DNA of 64,000 bases from an uncultured Gemmataceae bacterium (lineage in GTDB: Bacteria; Planctomycetota; Planctomycetia; Gemmatales; Gemmataceae). This document shows positions 38,659 through 49,472 of the stretch, one piece after another. Position 1 is the first letter of the stretch. Every line of letters begins with the position of its first letter. The notes below the pieces were generated by a model, which saw only the letters and a program-made list of their open reading frames with translations, made no database searches and was not told where the DNA came from. The position numbers were made by a program, and so were the translations under genes. The DNA is taken from assembly GCA_963750165.1 (NCBI GenBank), contig CAVVPN010000011.1:1632001-1696000 (forward strand). The letters run 5' to 3'.

Positions 38659-40235
38659 CCGAGGCCGACCGGGAACGCCTGGAGCAGCGCGTGCTCGTCC
38701 TGGCTCCGACAGGCAAGGACGCGGCCCTGACCCAGTCCGTCCTCAACCGGGCCGGCGTGGCGTGCGTCGAGTCCGCCAACCTGGAGCAGGTGTGCGACCA
38801 GCTGAACGCGGGCGCCGCCGCCGTGCTGCTGGCGGAAGAGGCGGTCACGCCGGATCGTGGCGGCTGCCTGGCGGAGTGGCTGGACCGGCAACCGCCGTGG
38901 TCCGACCTGCCGGTGCTCGTGTTGACGCGGCCCGGCGCCGACTCCGCCGCGGTGGCGCAGGCGATGGACCTCTTCGGCAACGTCACGGTGCTGGAGCGGC
39001 CGACGCGCGTGGCCGCCCTGGTGAGCGCCGTGCGCACGGCGCTGCGGGCGCGGCATCGGCAGTACCAGATTCGCGACCACCTGGCGGAGCGGGCGCGGAC
39101 CGAGGCGGCGCTGCGCGATGCGGACCAGCGCAAGGACGAGTTCCTGGCGATCCTCGCCCACGAGCTGCGCAACCCGCTGGCGCCGATCCGCAATTCCCTG
39201 CACATCCTGCGGCTGACTGGCCGGCTCGATCCGGCCGCCGAGCGCGTCGGCGAAATGATGGAGCGGCAGGTGAACCACCTGGTGCGCCTGGTGGACGACC
39301 TGCTCGAGGTCTCGCGCATCACCCGCGGCAAGATCGAGCTGCGCAAGGAGCCGGTCGAGATCGCTGCCATCGTGCGCAATGCCGTGGAGACGAGCCGCCC
39401 GCAGATCGAGGCCGGCAGCCACCAACTGGCCCTGGCGCTGCCCCCCGAACCGCTCACCGTGGAGGGCGACGCCGTCCGTCTGGCCCAGGTCTTCGCCAAC
39501 CTGCTGAACAACTCGGCGAAATACACCGACGAGGGCGGCCAGATCTGGCTCACCGTCCGACGCGAGGAAGCCGAAGTGGCCGTGTCCGTGCGGGACTCCG
39601 GCGCGGGCATTCCGCCCGACATGCTGCCGCGGGTGTTCGAGTTGTTCACCCAGGTAGACCGCCAGGGCGACCGCGCCCAGGGCGGGCTCGGCATCGGTCT
39701 GACGCTCGTCAAGAGTCTCGTTGAAATGCACGGTGGCAGTGTCCAGGCCCACAGCGCAGGACCTGGACGGGGGAGCGAATTTGTGGTCCGCCTGCCACTG
39801 GCAACCCCGCGCGGGAGCGGTCCAGGGGCGGCAGCCACGCCGTCCGCCGTGCTGACGCCGTGCCGCGTCCTGGTGGTCGATGACAACCGCGACGCGGCCG
39901 AGAGCCTGGGGATGCTGCTCAAACTGCTCGGCGCCGAGGTGCAGGTCGTGTTCAGCGGCCCGGACGCCCTGGAGGCGCTCGCCACTTACCGGCCGTCCGT
40001 GGTGCTTCTGGACATTGGCATGCCGGGCATGGACGGCCATGAAGTGGCGCGGCGGATTCGGCAGCAACGCGGGTCCGAGGAAATGACGCTCATCGCGCTG
40101 ACTGGCTGGGGGCAGGAGGAAGACCGCCGCCGCTCCCAGAGCGCGGGTTTCGACTATCACCTGATCAAACCCGCGGATGTCAACGCCCTGGAGACGTTGT
40201 TGCTTTCTCTCGAAAGTCGGCCGGCAAAGCGCTGA
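38655..40235 (+). CDS. Hybrid histidine kinase / response regulator
   Basis: GTGA overlap; RVLVLAPTGKDA, PWSDLP, LAHELRNPL, C-terminal receiver. Confidence 0.9.
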   Translation: MTEADRERLEQRVLVLAPTGKDAALTQSVLNRAGVACVESANLEQVCDQLNAGAAAVLLAEEAVTPDRGGCLAEWLDRQPPWSDLPVLVLTRPGADSAAVAQAMDLFGNVTVLERPTRVAALVSAVRTALRARHRQYQIRDHLAERARTEAALRDADQRKDEFLAILAHELRNPLAPIRNSLHILRLTGRLDPAAERVGEMMERQVNHLVRLVDDLLEVSRITRGKIELRKEPVEIAAIVRNAVETSRPQIEAGSHQLALALPPEPLTVEGDAVRLAQVFANLLNNSAKYTDEGGQIWLTVRREEAEVAVSVRDSGAGIPPDMLPRVFELFTQVDRQGDRAQGGLGIGLTLVKSLVEMHGGSVQAHSAGPGRGSEFVVRLPLATPRGSGPGAAATPSAVLTPCRVLVVDDNRDAAESLGMLLKLLGAEVQVVFSGPDALEALATYRPSVVLLDIGMPGMDGHEVARRIRQQRGSEEMTLIALTGWGQEEDRRRSQSAGFDYHLIKPADVNALETLLLSLESRPAKR

Positions 40236-40440
40236 CTTGCTCTCTTCCAGCAAAATCGAGCCGGACCGCTTCTGCCAGGGCCGCGGGGCAATGGCAGGGG
40301 GACGGAAAGACGGTATAATCCTGATCGGCGTGGTCTGTGCTTGCAGATTGTTGCGGGCGAAGTGGGGACCGGCCCGAGAGCCGCCCGCCGCCCGTCTCAT
40401 CGTTCCGACCGTCCCGGACTGCCAACGAAGAGGGCCCCTC

Positions 40441-41136
40441 ATGGAACCAGCCGATGCGCTGACGCCGGCGGTGCAGGATTACCTGAAGGCGATCCACGGC
40501 CTGGGCGGCGCCGACCGGCCGGTGCCGCCCAATGAGATCGCCGCGCGCCTCGGCGTGCGCGCCCCGTCAGTGACGGGCATGCTCAAGCGCCTGGCGGAGG
40601 CGGGCTCGATCCGCTACGAGTCCGGCCACGGCGCCCAGCTGACCGAGCAGGGCATCGCCCAGGCACGCCGCGTCATCCGCCGACACCGCCTGCTGGAGCT
40701 GTTCCTGATGCGCGTGCTCGGCCTGGACTGGAGCGAGGTGGACGCCGAGGCCGACGCCCTGGAGCACGCGATTTCACCACGGCTGGAGCAGGCCATCGCC
40801 GCCTACCTGCACGAGCCGCTGGAGGACCCGCACGGCCACCCCATCCCGACGCGCGAGGGGGCGCTGGCGCAGCGGGCGCTGCAATCGCTGGACCACTTCC
40901 GGGCCGGCGATCAGGTCATCATCCGCGAGGCGTCCGACGACAACCCCGAACGGTTGCGGCGCTGGCAGGCGCTCGGCCTGACGCCGGGCACCACCGTGCG
41001 CGTCCGCAGTCACCAGCCGCTCGACGACCTGTACGAACTGGAGGTGGGCGGCCAGGTGATTCCGGTCGGCAGTGAGGGGCTCAAGGGGTTGCGCGGCGAA
41101 CGCACGCCGCCGCGGGAGGAGGCGAGACAGTCCTGA
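40441..41136 (+). CDS. DtxR/MntR family metal-dependent regulator with FeoA-like domain
   Basis: QDYLKAI, APSVTGMLKRL, RRHRLLELFL, EADALEH, DPHGHPIP. Confidence 0.93.
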   Translation: MEPADALTPAVQDYLKAIHGLGGADRPVPPNEIAARLGVRAPSVTGMLKRLAEAGSIRYESGHGAQLTEQGIAQARRVIRRHRLLELFLMRVLGLDWSEVDAEADALEHAISPRLEQAIAAYLHEPLEDPHGHPIPTREGALAQRALQSLDHFRAGDQVIIREASDDNPERLRRWQALGLTPGTTVRVRSHQPLDDLYELEVGGQVIPVGSEGLKGLRGERTPPREEARQS

Positions 41137-41187
41137 AGGCGAGCGGCGTCCCCAGAGCGATGCCCTGGGCTAATACGGAATCGCCTT

Positions 41188-41266
41188 GCTGGTTCTGGTT
41201 AGCCCGACGCGCGAGCGCGGGTAAAACCTCAACCCGCGCTCGCGCGTCGGGCTAACCAGAACCAGC
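41188..41266. repeat. REP-like inverted pair between convergent genes
   Basis: GCTGGTTCTGGTTAGCCCGACGCGCGAGCGCGGGT and its exact inverse. Confidence 0.85.
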
Positions 41267-41271
41267 GCGCG

Positions 41272-42126
41272 CTAACTGGGAGAGTCATTTTGGGGCGGTT
41301 CCTCGCGGGGCAGATCCCGATCCAGCAGGGCGATGCCGTCGAAGAACAGCAGCCGCACCAGGAAGATCCACACACGCAGCACGGTCAGCGCCAGCAGCGG
41401 CACGCCGGCCATCATCAGGCCGGCGAGGACACCGCCCCAGAACGGAACGCCGAACAACAGCAACAGCAGCCCGCTGGCGGCAGACAGGATCAGTAACGCC
41501 ACGACCACGAACACCAGCCAGTCGAACACCGCCTCCCGGAGCGACCGCGGTCGGTGTTTCTGGCCCGGCGGCAGGATGGGTGGGGCGGTCGTCAGCGGCC
41601 GCTGGCCCAGCGCCCACGACCAGGTGTAGACGGCCCACAGGGCGTCCAGCGGTTCGAGGCCGGCCCGCAACACCAGCCGGGTCGCCTGGGCGCGCAGCAG
41701 CTGGACGGGTGGTTCGTCCGGCTCGGCGTCGAGGCGCTCCACCACACCCAGGGCCAGCGCCCGGCACAGCAGATACGCCTGTCGCGGTTGTGCCTCCAGG
41801 ACGGCCCGCACCAGGGCCTGACCTTGCGCGTCGTCCTCCCACAGGGTCGGGCCGTGGCGGCGCACCAGGTCGCGCAGGTGGCGATGCAGCAGCGGGTCGT
41901 AGGCGCCGGGCGGCTGCCACCAGCGGCCCAGCACCCAGCCGGCGAAGAGTCCGAACAGCACTTCGAGCAGGAACGCCAGCACGGCGTGCTCGACTGATCC
42001 CACCTGAGCCGCGGACAGGACGCCGGCCGCGCCTCCAAGGACGGCCCCGACGGCGGCACCGACCACCTCCCCGCGCGAAAACCCACGGCCGGACGGAGGC
42101 GCGGCGCCGGCATCAGCGAACTTCAT
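41272..42126 (-). CDS. Hypothetical membrane protein
   Basis: Two N-terminal and two C-terminal hydrophobic segments; G-rich SD. Confidence 0.7.
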   Translation of the reverse strand: MKFADAGAAPPSGRGFSRGEVVGAAVGAVLGGAAGVLSAAQVGSVEHAVLAFLLEVLFGLFAGWVLGRWWQPPGAYDPLLHRHLRDLVRRHGPTLWEDDAQGQALVRAVLEAQPRQAYLLCRALALGVVERLDAEPDEPPVQLLRAQATRLVLRAGLEPLDALWAVYTWSWALGQRPLTTAPPILPPGQKHRPRSLREAVFDWLVFVVVALLILSAASGLLLLLFGVPFWGGVLAGLMMAGVPLLALTVLRVWIFLVRLLFFDGIALLDRDLPREEPPQNDSPS

Positions 42127-42155
42127 GGACGGCCCCTCCCCGAACGGCGTCCGCC

Positions 42156-43369
42156 TCACACCCAGAAGCCGGGCCGGTTGCCGCGACAGCCCAGCGCCTG
42201 ATAGACCGCATCGACCAGTCTCTGACCGCGGTCGTTGAGCAGCACGCCGCGGCCCTGCTTGTTCATGACATAGCCGAACGCCAGCCGGGCCGCCGGGTCC
42301 GCGAAGCCGAGCGAACCGCCCATGCCCGCGTGGCCGAACGCCGCCGCCGACAGGATCAGACTGTCCCGCGCGCCCGGGGCCGCCCGCCGATTGTCCGACG
42401 ATTTCATGTAGCCCAGCGCAAAGCGCAGGCCCACCAGCAGCACCGCATCGACCGCACTGGCGGAATGGACTGCGGCCAGCGCCGCCAGCGTGTCCGCGTC
42501 CACCAGGCGGACGCCGTTGATTGCGCCGCCCAGGGCCAGCGGCGCGTACAGCCCGGCCAAACCGCGGGCGTTGCTGATGCCGCCCTGGCTCGGCAGCACC
42601 GCGGCGCGGCCGCGCGCGACTCCAACTCGCCCGGCCGCAGTCCCGTATTGCGCATCGTCAGCGCCTGGAGGCTCTGCGGATCCTCGGCCATGCGCGCGAC
42701 GAAGCGCCACGGCGTTTCCCCGGGCGGCGTCAGGTCGGGCTTGATGGTCGGCGCGACGCGCGGCTCATCCGCCTCGGGCAGTCCGAGGTGAAAGTCCAGG
42801 CTAAGCGGCCCCGCGATCTCGTCGCGGAAGAACACGTCCAGCGGTTGGCCCGCGACGCGGCGCACCACCTCGCCGACCAGGTGGCCGAAGGTGAGGGCGT
42901 GATAGCCCTGGCGCGTGCCCGGCTCCCAGAACGGCGCCGCCGCGGCCAGGGTTTCGGTGACGTACTGCCAGTCAAACAGACCGCCGGGCTGCAGCGGTTG
43001 GCGCACCGTCGGCAGCCCTGCCTGGTGGCTGAGCAGCAGTCGGGTGGTGATCGCCTCCTTGCCCGCCTGGGCGAACTCCGGCCAGTAGCGGGCCACCAGA
43101 GCGTCGAGGTCGAGCTGGCCGCGCGAAACGAGGATGTGAGCGCACAGGGCAACGGCGCCCTTGGTGCAGGACCAGACCAGGCCGAGGGTGTCGCGCTGCC
43201 AGGGCCGTTGCGTGCGCCGGTCGGCGACGCCGCCCCACAAATCGACGACACTCCGGCCGTCCACGAGGACACAGACGGCGGCGCCGACCTCGCCGCGCTC
43301 GCGGAAGTTGCGCTCGAACTCGGCGCGGACGGCCTGGAAACGCGGGTCGCAGTCGCCGTGCAGCTCCAT
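42156..43369 (-). CDS. Serine hydrolase, beta-lactamase/EstB family (frameshift near 42610)
   Basis: WSCTKG (SxxK), LLSHQAGL, GYHALTFG; shifted frame AFGHAGMGGS, FGYVMN. Confidence 0.9.
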
Positions 43370-44496
43370 CACGCCTCCAGCACCGGCACGCACGGCAGGC
43401 GAAACGTCTCCGCGACCGCCGGGTTGGTCACCTGGCCCTGACGGATGTTGACGCCCTGTGCCAGCGTCGGGTTGCTGCGCACCGCCTGCTTGTAGCCCTT
43501 ATTCGCCAGTTGCATCACGTAGGGCAGCGTCACGTTCGTCAGCGCGTACGTGCTCGTGCGGCCGACCGCGCCCGGCATGTTGGTCACGCAGTAATGCACG
43601 ATCTCATCGACGATGTAGATCGGCTTGCTGTGCGTCGTCGGCCGCGACGTTTCGACGCAGCCGCCCTGGTCGATGGCCACGTCGATGATGACGGCCCGCG
43701 GCGGCATCCGCTTCAGGTCCTCGCGGCGCACCAGGAACGGCGCGCGAGCGCCGGGGATGAGCACGGCGCCGATCAGCAGGTCCGCCGTGCGCAGGCACTC
43801 CAGAATGTTGTGCCGATCGCTGAACAGCGTGGTCACGTTGGGCGGCAGCGTGTCGTCGAGGTAGCGGAGGCGGTCGAGGTTCACGTCGAGGATGACGACG
43901 TTGGCGCCGAGGCCGGCCGCCACCTTGGCGGCGTTGGCTCCCACGACACCACCGCCGAGGATCACCACATTGGCCGGCAGCACGCCTGGCACGCCGCTCA
44001 GCAGAATGCCGCGGCCCTCGAACGGTCGCTCCAGAAACTTCGCCCCCTGCTGGATGCTCATGCGGCCCGCCACCTCGCTCATCGGCGTCAGCAGCGGCAG
44101 GTGGCCGCGCGCGTCCTTGATCGTCTCGTAGGCGATGGCGGTGATGCCCGACTTGAGCACCGCCTGCGTCAGCGCCTCGTCCGCCGCGAAGTGGAAGTAG
44201 GTGAAGACGATCTGCCCGGGACGCAGCTGTGGCCACTCCTGCGGCAGCGGTTCCTTGACCTTGACGACCAGGTCCGCCTGCCGCCAGATGGTGACGGCGT
44301 CGGCGACGATCTCGGCGCCGTGGGCGGCGTACTGCTCGTCGCTGATGCCGCTGCCCTGGCCGGCCGCCGTCTGCATCAGGACGCGGTGGCCCTCGCGCGT
44401 CAACTCCTCGACGCCGACCGGGATCATGGCCACGCGGTACTCGTCTGTCTTGACCTCGCGGGGCACGCCGATCACGTATTTCGTGCTGGTCGTCAT
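43369..44496 (-). CDS. ald: Alanine dehydrogenase
   Basis: IGVPREVK..EYRV, VKVKEP, AYETI, LLTPMSEVAGR, DVAIDQGG, NMPGAV. Confidence 0.95.
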   Translation of the reverse strand: MTTSTKYVIGVPREVKTDEYRVAMIPVGVEELTREGHRVLMQTAAGQGSGISDEQYAAHGAEIVADAVTIWRQADLVVKVKEPLPQEWPQLRPGQIVFTYFHFAADEALTQAVLKSGITAIAYETIKDARGHLPLLTPMSEVAGRMSIQQGAKFLERPFEGRGILLSGVPGVLPANVVILGGGVVGANAAKVAAGLGANVVILDVNLDRLRYLDDTLPPNVTTLFSDRHNILECLRTADLLIGAVLIPGARAPFLVRREDLKRMPPRAVIIDVAIDQGGCVETSRPTTHSKPIYIVDEIVHYCVTNMPGAVGRTSTYALTNVTLPYVMQLANKGYKQAVRSNPTLAQGVNIRQGQVTNPAVAETFRLPCVPVLEA

Positions 44497-44536
44497 GGCA
44501 TCCTTCCTGGGGGTCGGGCGGGAAAGCACTAATGCA

Positions 44537-44685
44537 GGTTCAAGGGATTGATGGATCGAAGCACGGTAGAAGGCGCATGCCTGGAACTCCGTGGCATCAA
44601 GGGAGGTTGAGATTCCCTCGATTTACGGAGCCCAGGCACTTGCAGCTGTGCCGACTGCCTGTCACTTGTTACCCGGGCTGGAACC
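44537..44685. ncRNA. Candidate rod-like structured RNA upstream of ald
   Basis: Nested complementary blocks GGTTC/GAACC, GCAC/GTGC, TGCCTGG/CCAGGCA, CTCCGT/ACGGAG, AGGGA/TCCCT. Confidence 0.35.
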
Positions 44686-44727
44686 ACGCCGAGATGAAAT
44701 GGTGCCTCGGACGCCGCGGAAAGCCGG

Positions 44728-45532
44728 TCACGGTTGCGGCGGCTTCGGCTTCGGCCGGTCGGGGCACGGGTGCTTGAATTCCCTGGCGCCGGGCCAGTCG
44801 CCCTTGGCCTCATGCTTCAGTTCGGCGTAGTTCCGGGCCAGTTCGATCACCGCGTCGTTGCTCTTGTCCACGTGCAGGTCGAGCCAGTAGCCCTCGACGC
44901 CCTTTTTGCAGACGCGGATGCCGGCCGCCAACCGGCCGCGGTGGTCGCCGCCGGCGCAGTCCGCCGCCAGCAGCGCCGCCAGCAGCCGATCCGCCAGACT
45001 GCCCTTCGTCTTCTCGTACGCCTCGGCCATCGCGGTGATGACCTCGCGGCCCGTCAGTGTGTTGCCCTGACAGGTGTAGAACTTGCCGCTCATGCCGCCC
45101 CAGTAATTGCTGCCCTTGCCGGCCTTCGTCGGGTGGTGCAGAGCACTGCGGCCCTTCATGTCGATGATCGCCAGCTGCCGGCCGTCGCGGCCCTTGTCGT
45201 CCTTCAACAGTTCAACGAACACCTCCTCGCAGGTCTTGCCCTTGGCGAGCAGGTCCAGCGCGGGCTCGCCCCAGTCCTTGCGGCCGTAGTGCTGGGTGCA
45301 GAAGGCGCCCGACGTCGGCGCGGGCGTGCGCCACCACCTTGCCGACCGCCGGGTACTTGCTCGCCACCGCGGCGCCGCAGACGCCCGACTCCGGGTCCAC
45401 CGCGGCGATGGAAAACGTGGCGATGAGCTGCTCCGGCGGATCATCCGCGGCCGGGGCCGCAGTGCGCTCCACCGAGCCCAGCGCAGCGAACAGGCCCACG
45501 CTCAGAACCAGGCTGACCAGAATACGCAGCAT
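44728..45532 (-). CDS. Secreted DUF1028 (Ntn-hydrolase-like) protein (frameshift near 45309)
   Basis: Signal peptide, ATFSIAAVD...GAAVAS; shifted frame AFCTQ, RQLAIID, QGNTL, GGDHRG. Confidence 0.85.
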
Positions 45533-45603
45533 GACGAGTCTCCTTATCTTCCGTAGTGCAGACGGCTCGCCTGCACGGCCATTGTGCAGGCGGGCCGCCT
45601 GCA

Positions 45604-46644
45604 CTACGAACTGTGCGGCGCAATGCGGCCCTCCATCGGGCTCGACGCCTGGGCGTACAGCTTCTTCGGAATCCGCCCCGCCAGGAACGCCAGCCGGCCC
45701 GCCGCCGTCGCGTGCCGCATCGCCCACGCCATCCGCAGCGGATCCTGCGCATGCGCAATGCCCGTGTTCAGCAGCACGCCATCGCAGCCCAGCTCCAGCG
45801 CCACCGCCACGTCGCTCGCCGTGCCCACCCCAGCGTCCACAATCACCGGATACTCCGGGTCGCCGTCTTTCAGGTACTCCAGGATGATGCGCAGGTTGTT
45901 CGGGTTCAGCACGCCCTGACCGCTGCCGATCGGACTGCCGGCCGGCATCACGCTGCTCGCCCCTGCCGCCTTCAGCCGCCGCGCCATGATCGGGTCGTCA
46001 CTCGTGTACACCAGCACCTCGAAGCCCTCCTTGACCAGCTGCTCCGTCGCTTGCAACGTCGCCACCGGGTCTGGTAGCAATGTCCGCGGATCGCCCAGAC
46101 ACTCCAGCTTGACCCAGCGCAAACCTGGGTTGTCAAGATTAGTTAACAGTTCGCGCGCGAACCGGGCGTGGCGCACCGCGTCCTCGGCGCTGAAGCAGCC
46201 GGCCGTGTTCGGCAAAATCGTAAATTTTTTCAGGTCGAGGTAATCCAGGATATTGCGGCCGGTCTTGTCGATCAGCCGCTCGCGGCGCACCGCCACCGTC
46301 GTCACCTCGCAGCCGCTCGCCGCCAGGCAGTCGCGCATCAGCTCGAACGAGGCGTATTTCCCCGTCCCGGTAATCAGCCGGCTGTGAAACGTGAACGAGC
46401 CGATGACCAGCGGTTTGTCCGCCGGTTCGTCGGCCGTGGGGCTGCCGCCGCCGACCAGCGTCACGATTTCCACGCGGTCGCCGTTGTGCAGGGCCTGCTC
46501 CGCGTGGCGCACGCGGGGCACCACTGCACAGTTCACTTCCACGGCCGTCCGCCGCGGATCGCGGCCCAGTTGTTCCAGCAGCTGCGCCACGGTCAGGCAG
46601 TCTGGCAAAGTGCGCGGTTCGTCATTGATGGTGAGGTTCAACAT
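45604..46644 (-). CDS. thiG: Fused ThiS-ThiG thiazole synthase
   Basis: ThiS ([17 protein letters not shown]) followed by [34 protein letters not shown]. Confidence 0.95.
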   Translation of the reverse strand: MLNLTINDEPRTLPDCLTVAQLLEQLGRDPRRTAVEVNCAVVPRVRHAEQALHNGDRVEIVTLVGGGSPTADEPADKPLVIGSFTFHSRLITGTGKYASFELMRDCLAASGCEVTTVAVRRERLIDKTGRNILDYLDLKKFTILPNTAGCFSAEDAVRHARFARELLTNLDNPGLRWVKLECLGDPRTLLPDPVATLQATEQLVKEGFEVLVYTSDDPIMARRLKAAGASSVMPAGSPIGSGQGVLNPNNLRIILEYLKDGDPEYPVIVDAGVGTASDVAVALELGCDGVLLNTGIAHAQDPLRMAWAMRHATAAGRLAFLAGRIPKKLYAQASSPMEGRIAPHSS

Positions 46645-46749
46645 GAGCAACTTCCCGGCGGCAAAAAAACCCTGTCTTTAACCACCGCTTACTGTACATT
46701 ATCCCTGGAGCACTGACCACGCACCCCGCCATGACCTGAGATTACCGCC

Positions 46750-48612
46750 ATGTCCTCTCATTACATCCCCCACACCCGGATTCCAACACTGGTCTTTCCC
46801 ACCAGTGCCCAGGCGTCCCGGCACGTGGCCCTGATGATCGAGAGCCTGATTCGACAGAACAACTCCGCCAACCGCCCGACGGTGCTCGGCCTGGCCACCG
46901 GCTCGACGCCCGTCGGCCTGTACCGCGAACTCATCCGCCTGCACAAGGAAACCGGCCTCGACTTCTCGCGCGTCATCACGTTCAACCTCGACGAATACTT
47001 TCCGATGCAGCCGGACGACCCGCACAGCTACCATTTCTGGATGCACGAGACGTTCTTCGACCAGGTGAACCTTCCGCCGCAGAACATCCACATCCCCGAT
47101 GGCACCATCCCGCCGCAGGACGCCGAGGACTACTGCGTCCGCTACGAGCAGCTCATCCGCCGCAGCGGCGGCATCGATCTGCAAATCCTCGGCATCGGCC
47201 GCACCGGCCACATCGGCTTCAACGAGCCCGGTTCGACGCGCCACAGCCGCACCCGCCTGGTCACGCTCGACCCGGTGACGCGCCGCGACGCCGCCTCCGG
47301 CTTCTTCGGCGAGGAGAACGTGCCACACCAGGCCCTGACCATGGGCGTCGGCACCATCCTGGAGGCGCGCAAGATCGTCATCATGGCGTTCGGCGAGCAC
47401 AAGGCGCCAATTGTGCAGCGCGCCGTCGAAGGCGACATGACCGACGCGATTGCGGCAAGCTTTTTGCAGAAGCACAACGATACGACCTTCCTGCTCGACC
47501 AGGCCGCGGCCGGGCAGCTGACGCCGGTACGCCTGCCCTGGGTTCTCGGTGCCATCAACTGGACGCCCGGGCTGGTCCGCCGGGCCGTCATCTGGCTCAG
47601 TTTGAAGGTGAGCAAGGCCCTGCTGAAGTTATCTGATGATGACTTCCGCGAGCACGAACTGTATGAGTTACTCCGCGAACAGGGCCCCGCGGAGCGGCTG
47701 GGCCGGCGGGTCTTCGACGAGATGATGGGCACCTTGTGTACCCAACCTTGCGGATCCGAACCACGCACGGTGCTGGTGTTCAGCCCGCACCCCGACGACG
47801 ACGTGATTAGCATGGGCGGCACACTGATCCGCCTGGTCGAACAGGGGCACCGGGTCCACGTGGCGTACATGACGAGCGGCAACATCGCCGTCTTCGACCA
47901 CGACGCCTGGCGGTTCACGGATTTCGTGGTGGAGTTCAACGAGCTTTTCGCCATCGACAAGGACCACACCCTGGCGGTAAAGGAGCGCGTGCAAAGTTTC
48001 CTGCGGAGCAAGAAGCCGGCCCAGCCGGACTCGGCGGACCTGCTGAACATCAAGAAACTGATCCGCGAGACGGAGGCCCGGGCCGCGGCGCTGGCCTGCG
48101 GCATCGCGCCGGAGCAGCTTGAGTTCATGGACCTCCGGTTTTACCGAACCGGCACCATCGCCAAGGCGCCGATCCATCCGCAGGACATTCGCGACATCAT
48201 CGCCTTGCTGGAACGGTTACAGCCGGCTCAAATTTATGTGGCGGGGGAACTGTCGGACCCGCACGGCACGCATCGGGTGTGTGCCAACGCCATTTACGAG
48301 GCGGTTCGCAATGTGCGGACGCAGGGACAGGCGTTCGAGGTCTGGCTGTACCGCGGCGCCTGGGAGGAGTGGGAACCGCACGAGATCGAGCGGGTGGTGC
48401 CGCTCAGCCCGGAGGATCTGGAGCGCAAGAAGCACGCGATCTTTCGCCATCAATCCCAGAAGGACCGGGCGATGTTTCCTGGCGGCACCGACCGCCGTGA
48501 GTTCTGGCAGCGGGCTGAGGATCGCAACCGCCACACCGCCGCGGTTTACGACTCCCTGGGGCTGCCGGAGTTTTACGCCCTGGAAGGCTTCGTGCAATGG
48601 CGCGGCGACTGA
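46750..48612 (+). CDS. nagB: Glucosamine-6-phosphate deaminase fused to PIG-L-like domain
   Basis: LGLATGSTP, FNLDEY, GIGRTGHIGFNEPG; PHPDDDVISMGG, DPHGTH, HQSQ. Confidence 0.93.
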   Translation: MSSHYIPHTRIPTLVFPTSAQASRHVALMIESLIRQNNSANRPTVLGLATGSTPVGLYRELIRLHKETGLDFSRVITFNLDEYFPMQPDDPHSYHFWMHETFFDQVNLPPQNIHIPDGTIPPQDAEDYCVRYEQLIRRSGGIDLQILGIGRTGHIGFNEPGSTRHSRTRLVTLDPVTRRDAASGFFGEENVPHQALTMGVGTILEARKIVIMAFGEHKAPIVQRAVEGDMTDAIAASFLQKHNDTTFLLDQAAAGQLTPVRLPWVLGAINWTPGLVRRAVIWLSLKVSKALLKLSDDDFREHELYELLREQGPAERLGRRVFDEMMGTLCTQPCGSEPRTVLVFSPHPDDDVISMGGTLIRLVEQGHRVHVAYMTSGNIAVFDHDAWRFTDFVVEFNELFAIDKDHTLAVKERVQSFLRSKKPAQPDSADLLNIKKLIRETEARAAALACGIAPEQLEFMDLRFYRTGTIAKAPIHPQDIRDIIALLERLQPAQIYVAGELSDPHGTHRVCANAIYEAVRNVRTQGQAFEVWLYRGAWEEWEPHEIERVVPLSPEDLERKKHAIFRHQSQKDRAMFPGGTDRREFWQRAEDRNRHTAAVYDSLGLPEFYALEGFVQWRGD

Positions 48613-48826
48613 GGGTGGAGAGCGCCAAGCCGCAAGCGGCGGAACATCTGGGATGGCGCTTGCGGCCAAGCGGAGAATCGCCCTACGGACCTGGCAGGTG
48701 TGAGGAAAAACGGGCAGAATCACTCACAAACTCATTTGTCTTCAGCGTTGCCGACTTGATTTCCGACGTATGATGTAAGTGGGAAGGGAAGAGGGTCCTG
48801 GACCCTTGACAAAAGGGGGGAGCACA

Positions 48827-49315
48827 ATGAACGGTTCCACCGGAAACACCGCTTCCAACGCACCGGAGCGCCCGGAACGCCGGGACACGGTGATGAGCCT
48901 GGTAACCGCACGCCGCATGTTGCCGCTAGTCGAGCGTGTGGTGCGCGACGTGCTGGAATATCAGAAAACCCTCGACCGCCTGCAGCCCGAGCAGGAACGC
49001 CTGGACCGCCACCGCCGCGATCTGGTGTGGCTGGAACGGCAGCGCCGCTATCAGGTTCGCGAGGAGGTTCTCGCCGCCGAGGGCCACCTGCGCGGCGCCC
49101 TGGAGGAACTGCACTGTCTCGGCCTGGCCCTGCTCGACGGCGACACCGGTCGCGTCGGTTTCCCGACCATCGTCAACGACCGCCGCGCCTTCTTCTGCTG
49201 GCAGCCGGGCGAGGAGGGCATTCGCTCCTGGCACTTCGTCGAGGAGTCGGTGTGCCGGCCGATCCCGCCTGCCTGGCTCAAGGCGGGCGACATCAGCCTG
49301 CTCGGCAAAAGTTAA
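48827..49315 (+). CDS. DUF2203-like protein
   Basis: ARRMLPLV, GRVGFPT, FFCWQPGE..I..WH. Confidence 0.8.
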   Translation: MNGSTGNTASNAPERPERRDTVMSLVTARRMLPLVERVVRDVLEYQKTLDRLQPEQERLDRHRRDLVWLERQRRYQVREEVLAAEGHLRGALEELHCLGLALLDGDTGRVGFPTIVNDRRAFFCWQPGEEGIRSWHFVEESVCRPIPPAWLKAGDISLLGKS

Positions 49316-49348
49316 TCGGTTTCTCCTCTCGCTTTCCTGCGCACTCAT

Positions 49349-49390
49349 CCCGCGGGGCGCCAGCGCTTGCCGGCGCCCCGCGGTTTTTTT
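49349..49390 (+). terminator. Intrinsic terminator
   Basis: CCGCGGGGCGCC-loop-GGCGCCCCGCGG followed by T7. Confidence 0.7.
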
Positions 49391-49437
49391 GGGGCGCCGC
49401 CCTTCCGCACTTTTCTTGAAAAAATCCACCGCCGCGT

Positions 49438-49466
49438 TTGCACTCGACCGAAACGCGACCTACTTT
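49438..49466 (+). promoter_or_regulatory. Sigma70-type promoter
   Basis: TTGCAC-17 bp-TACTTT. Confidence 0.55.
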
Positions 49467-49472
49467 TGGGTT

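Noticed and set aside
36873..40235. 1120-aa KaiC-histidine kinase fusion
   Set aside because: A frameshift near 38516 explains it. The KaiC C-terminus and stop (38658) are in another frame, and the kinase has its own GTG at 38655.
46750..48612. NagB-PIG-L fusion as a novelty
   Set aside because: Known long NagB architecture.
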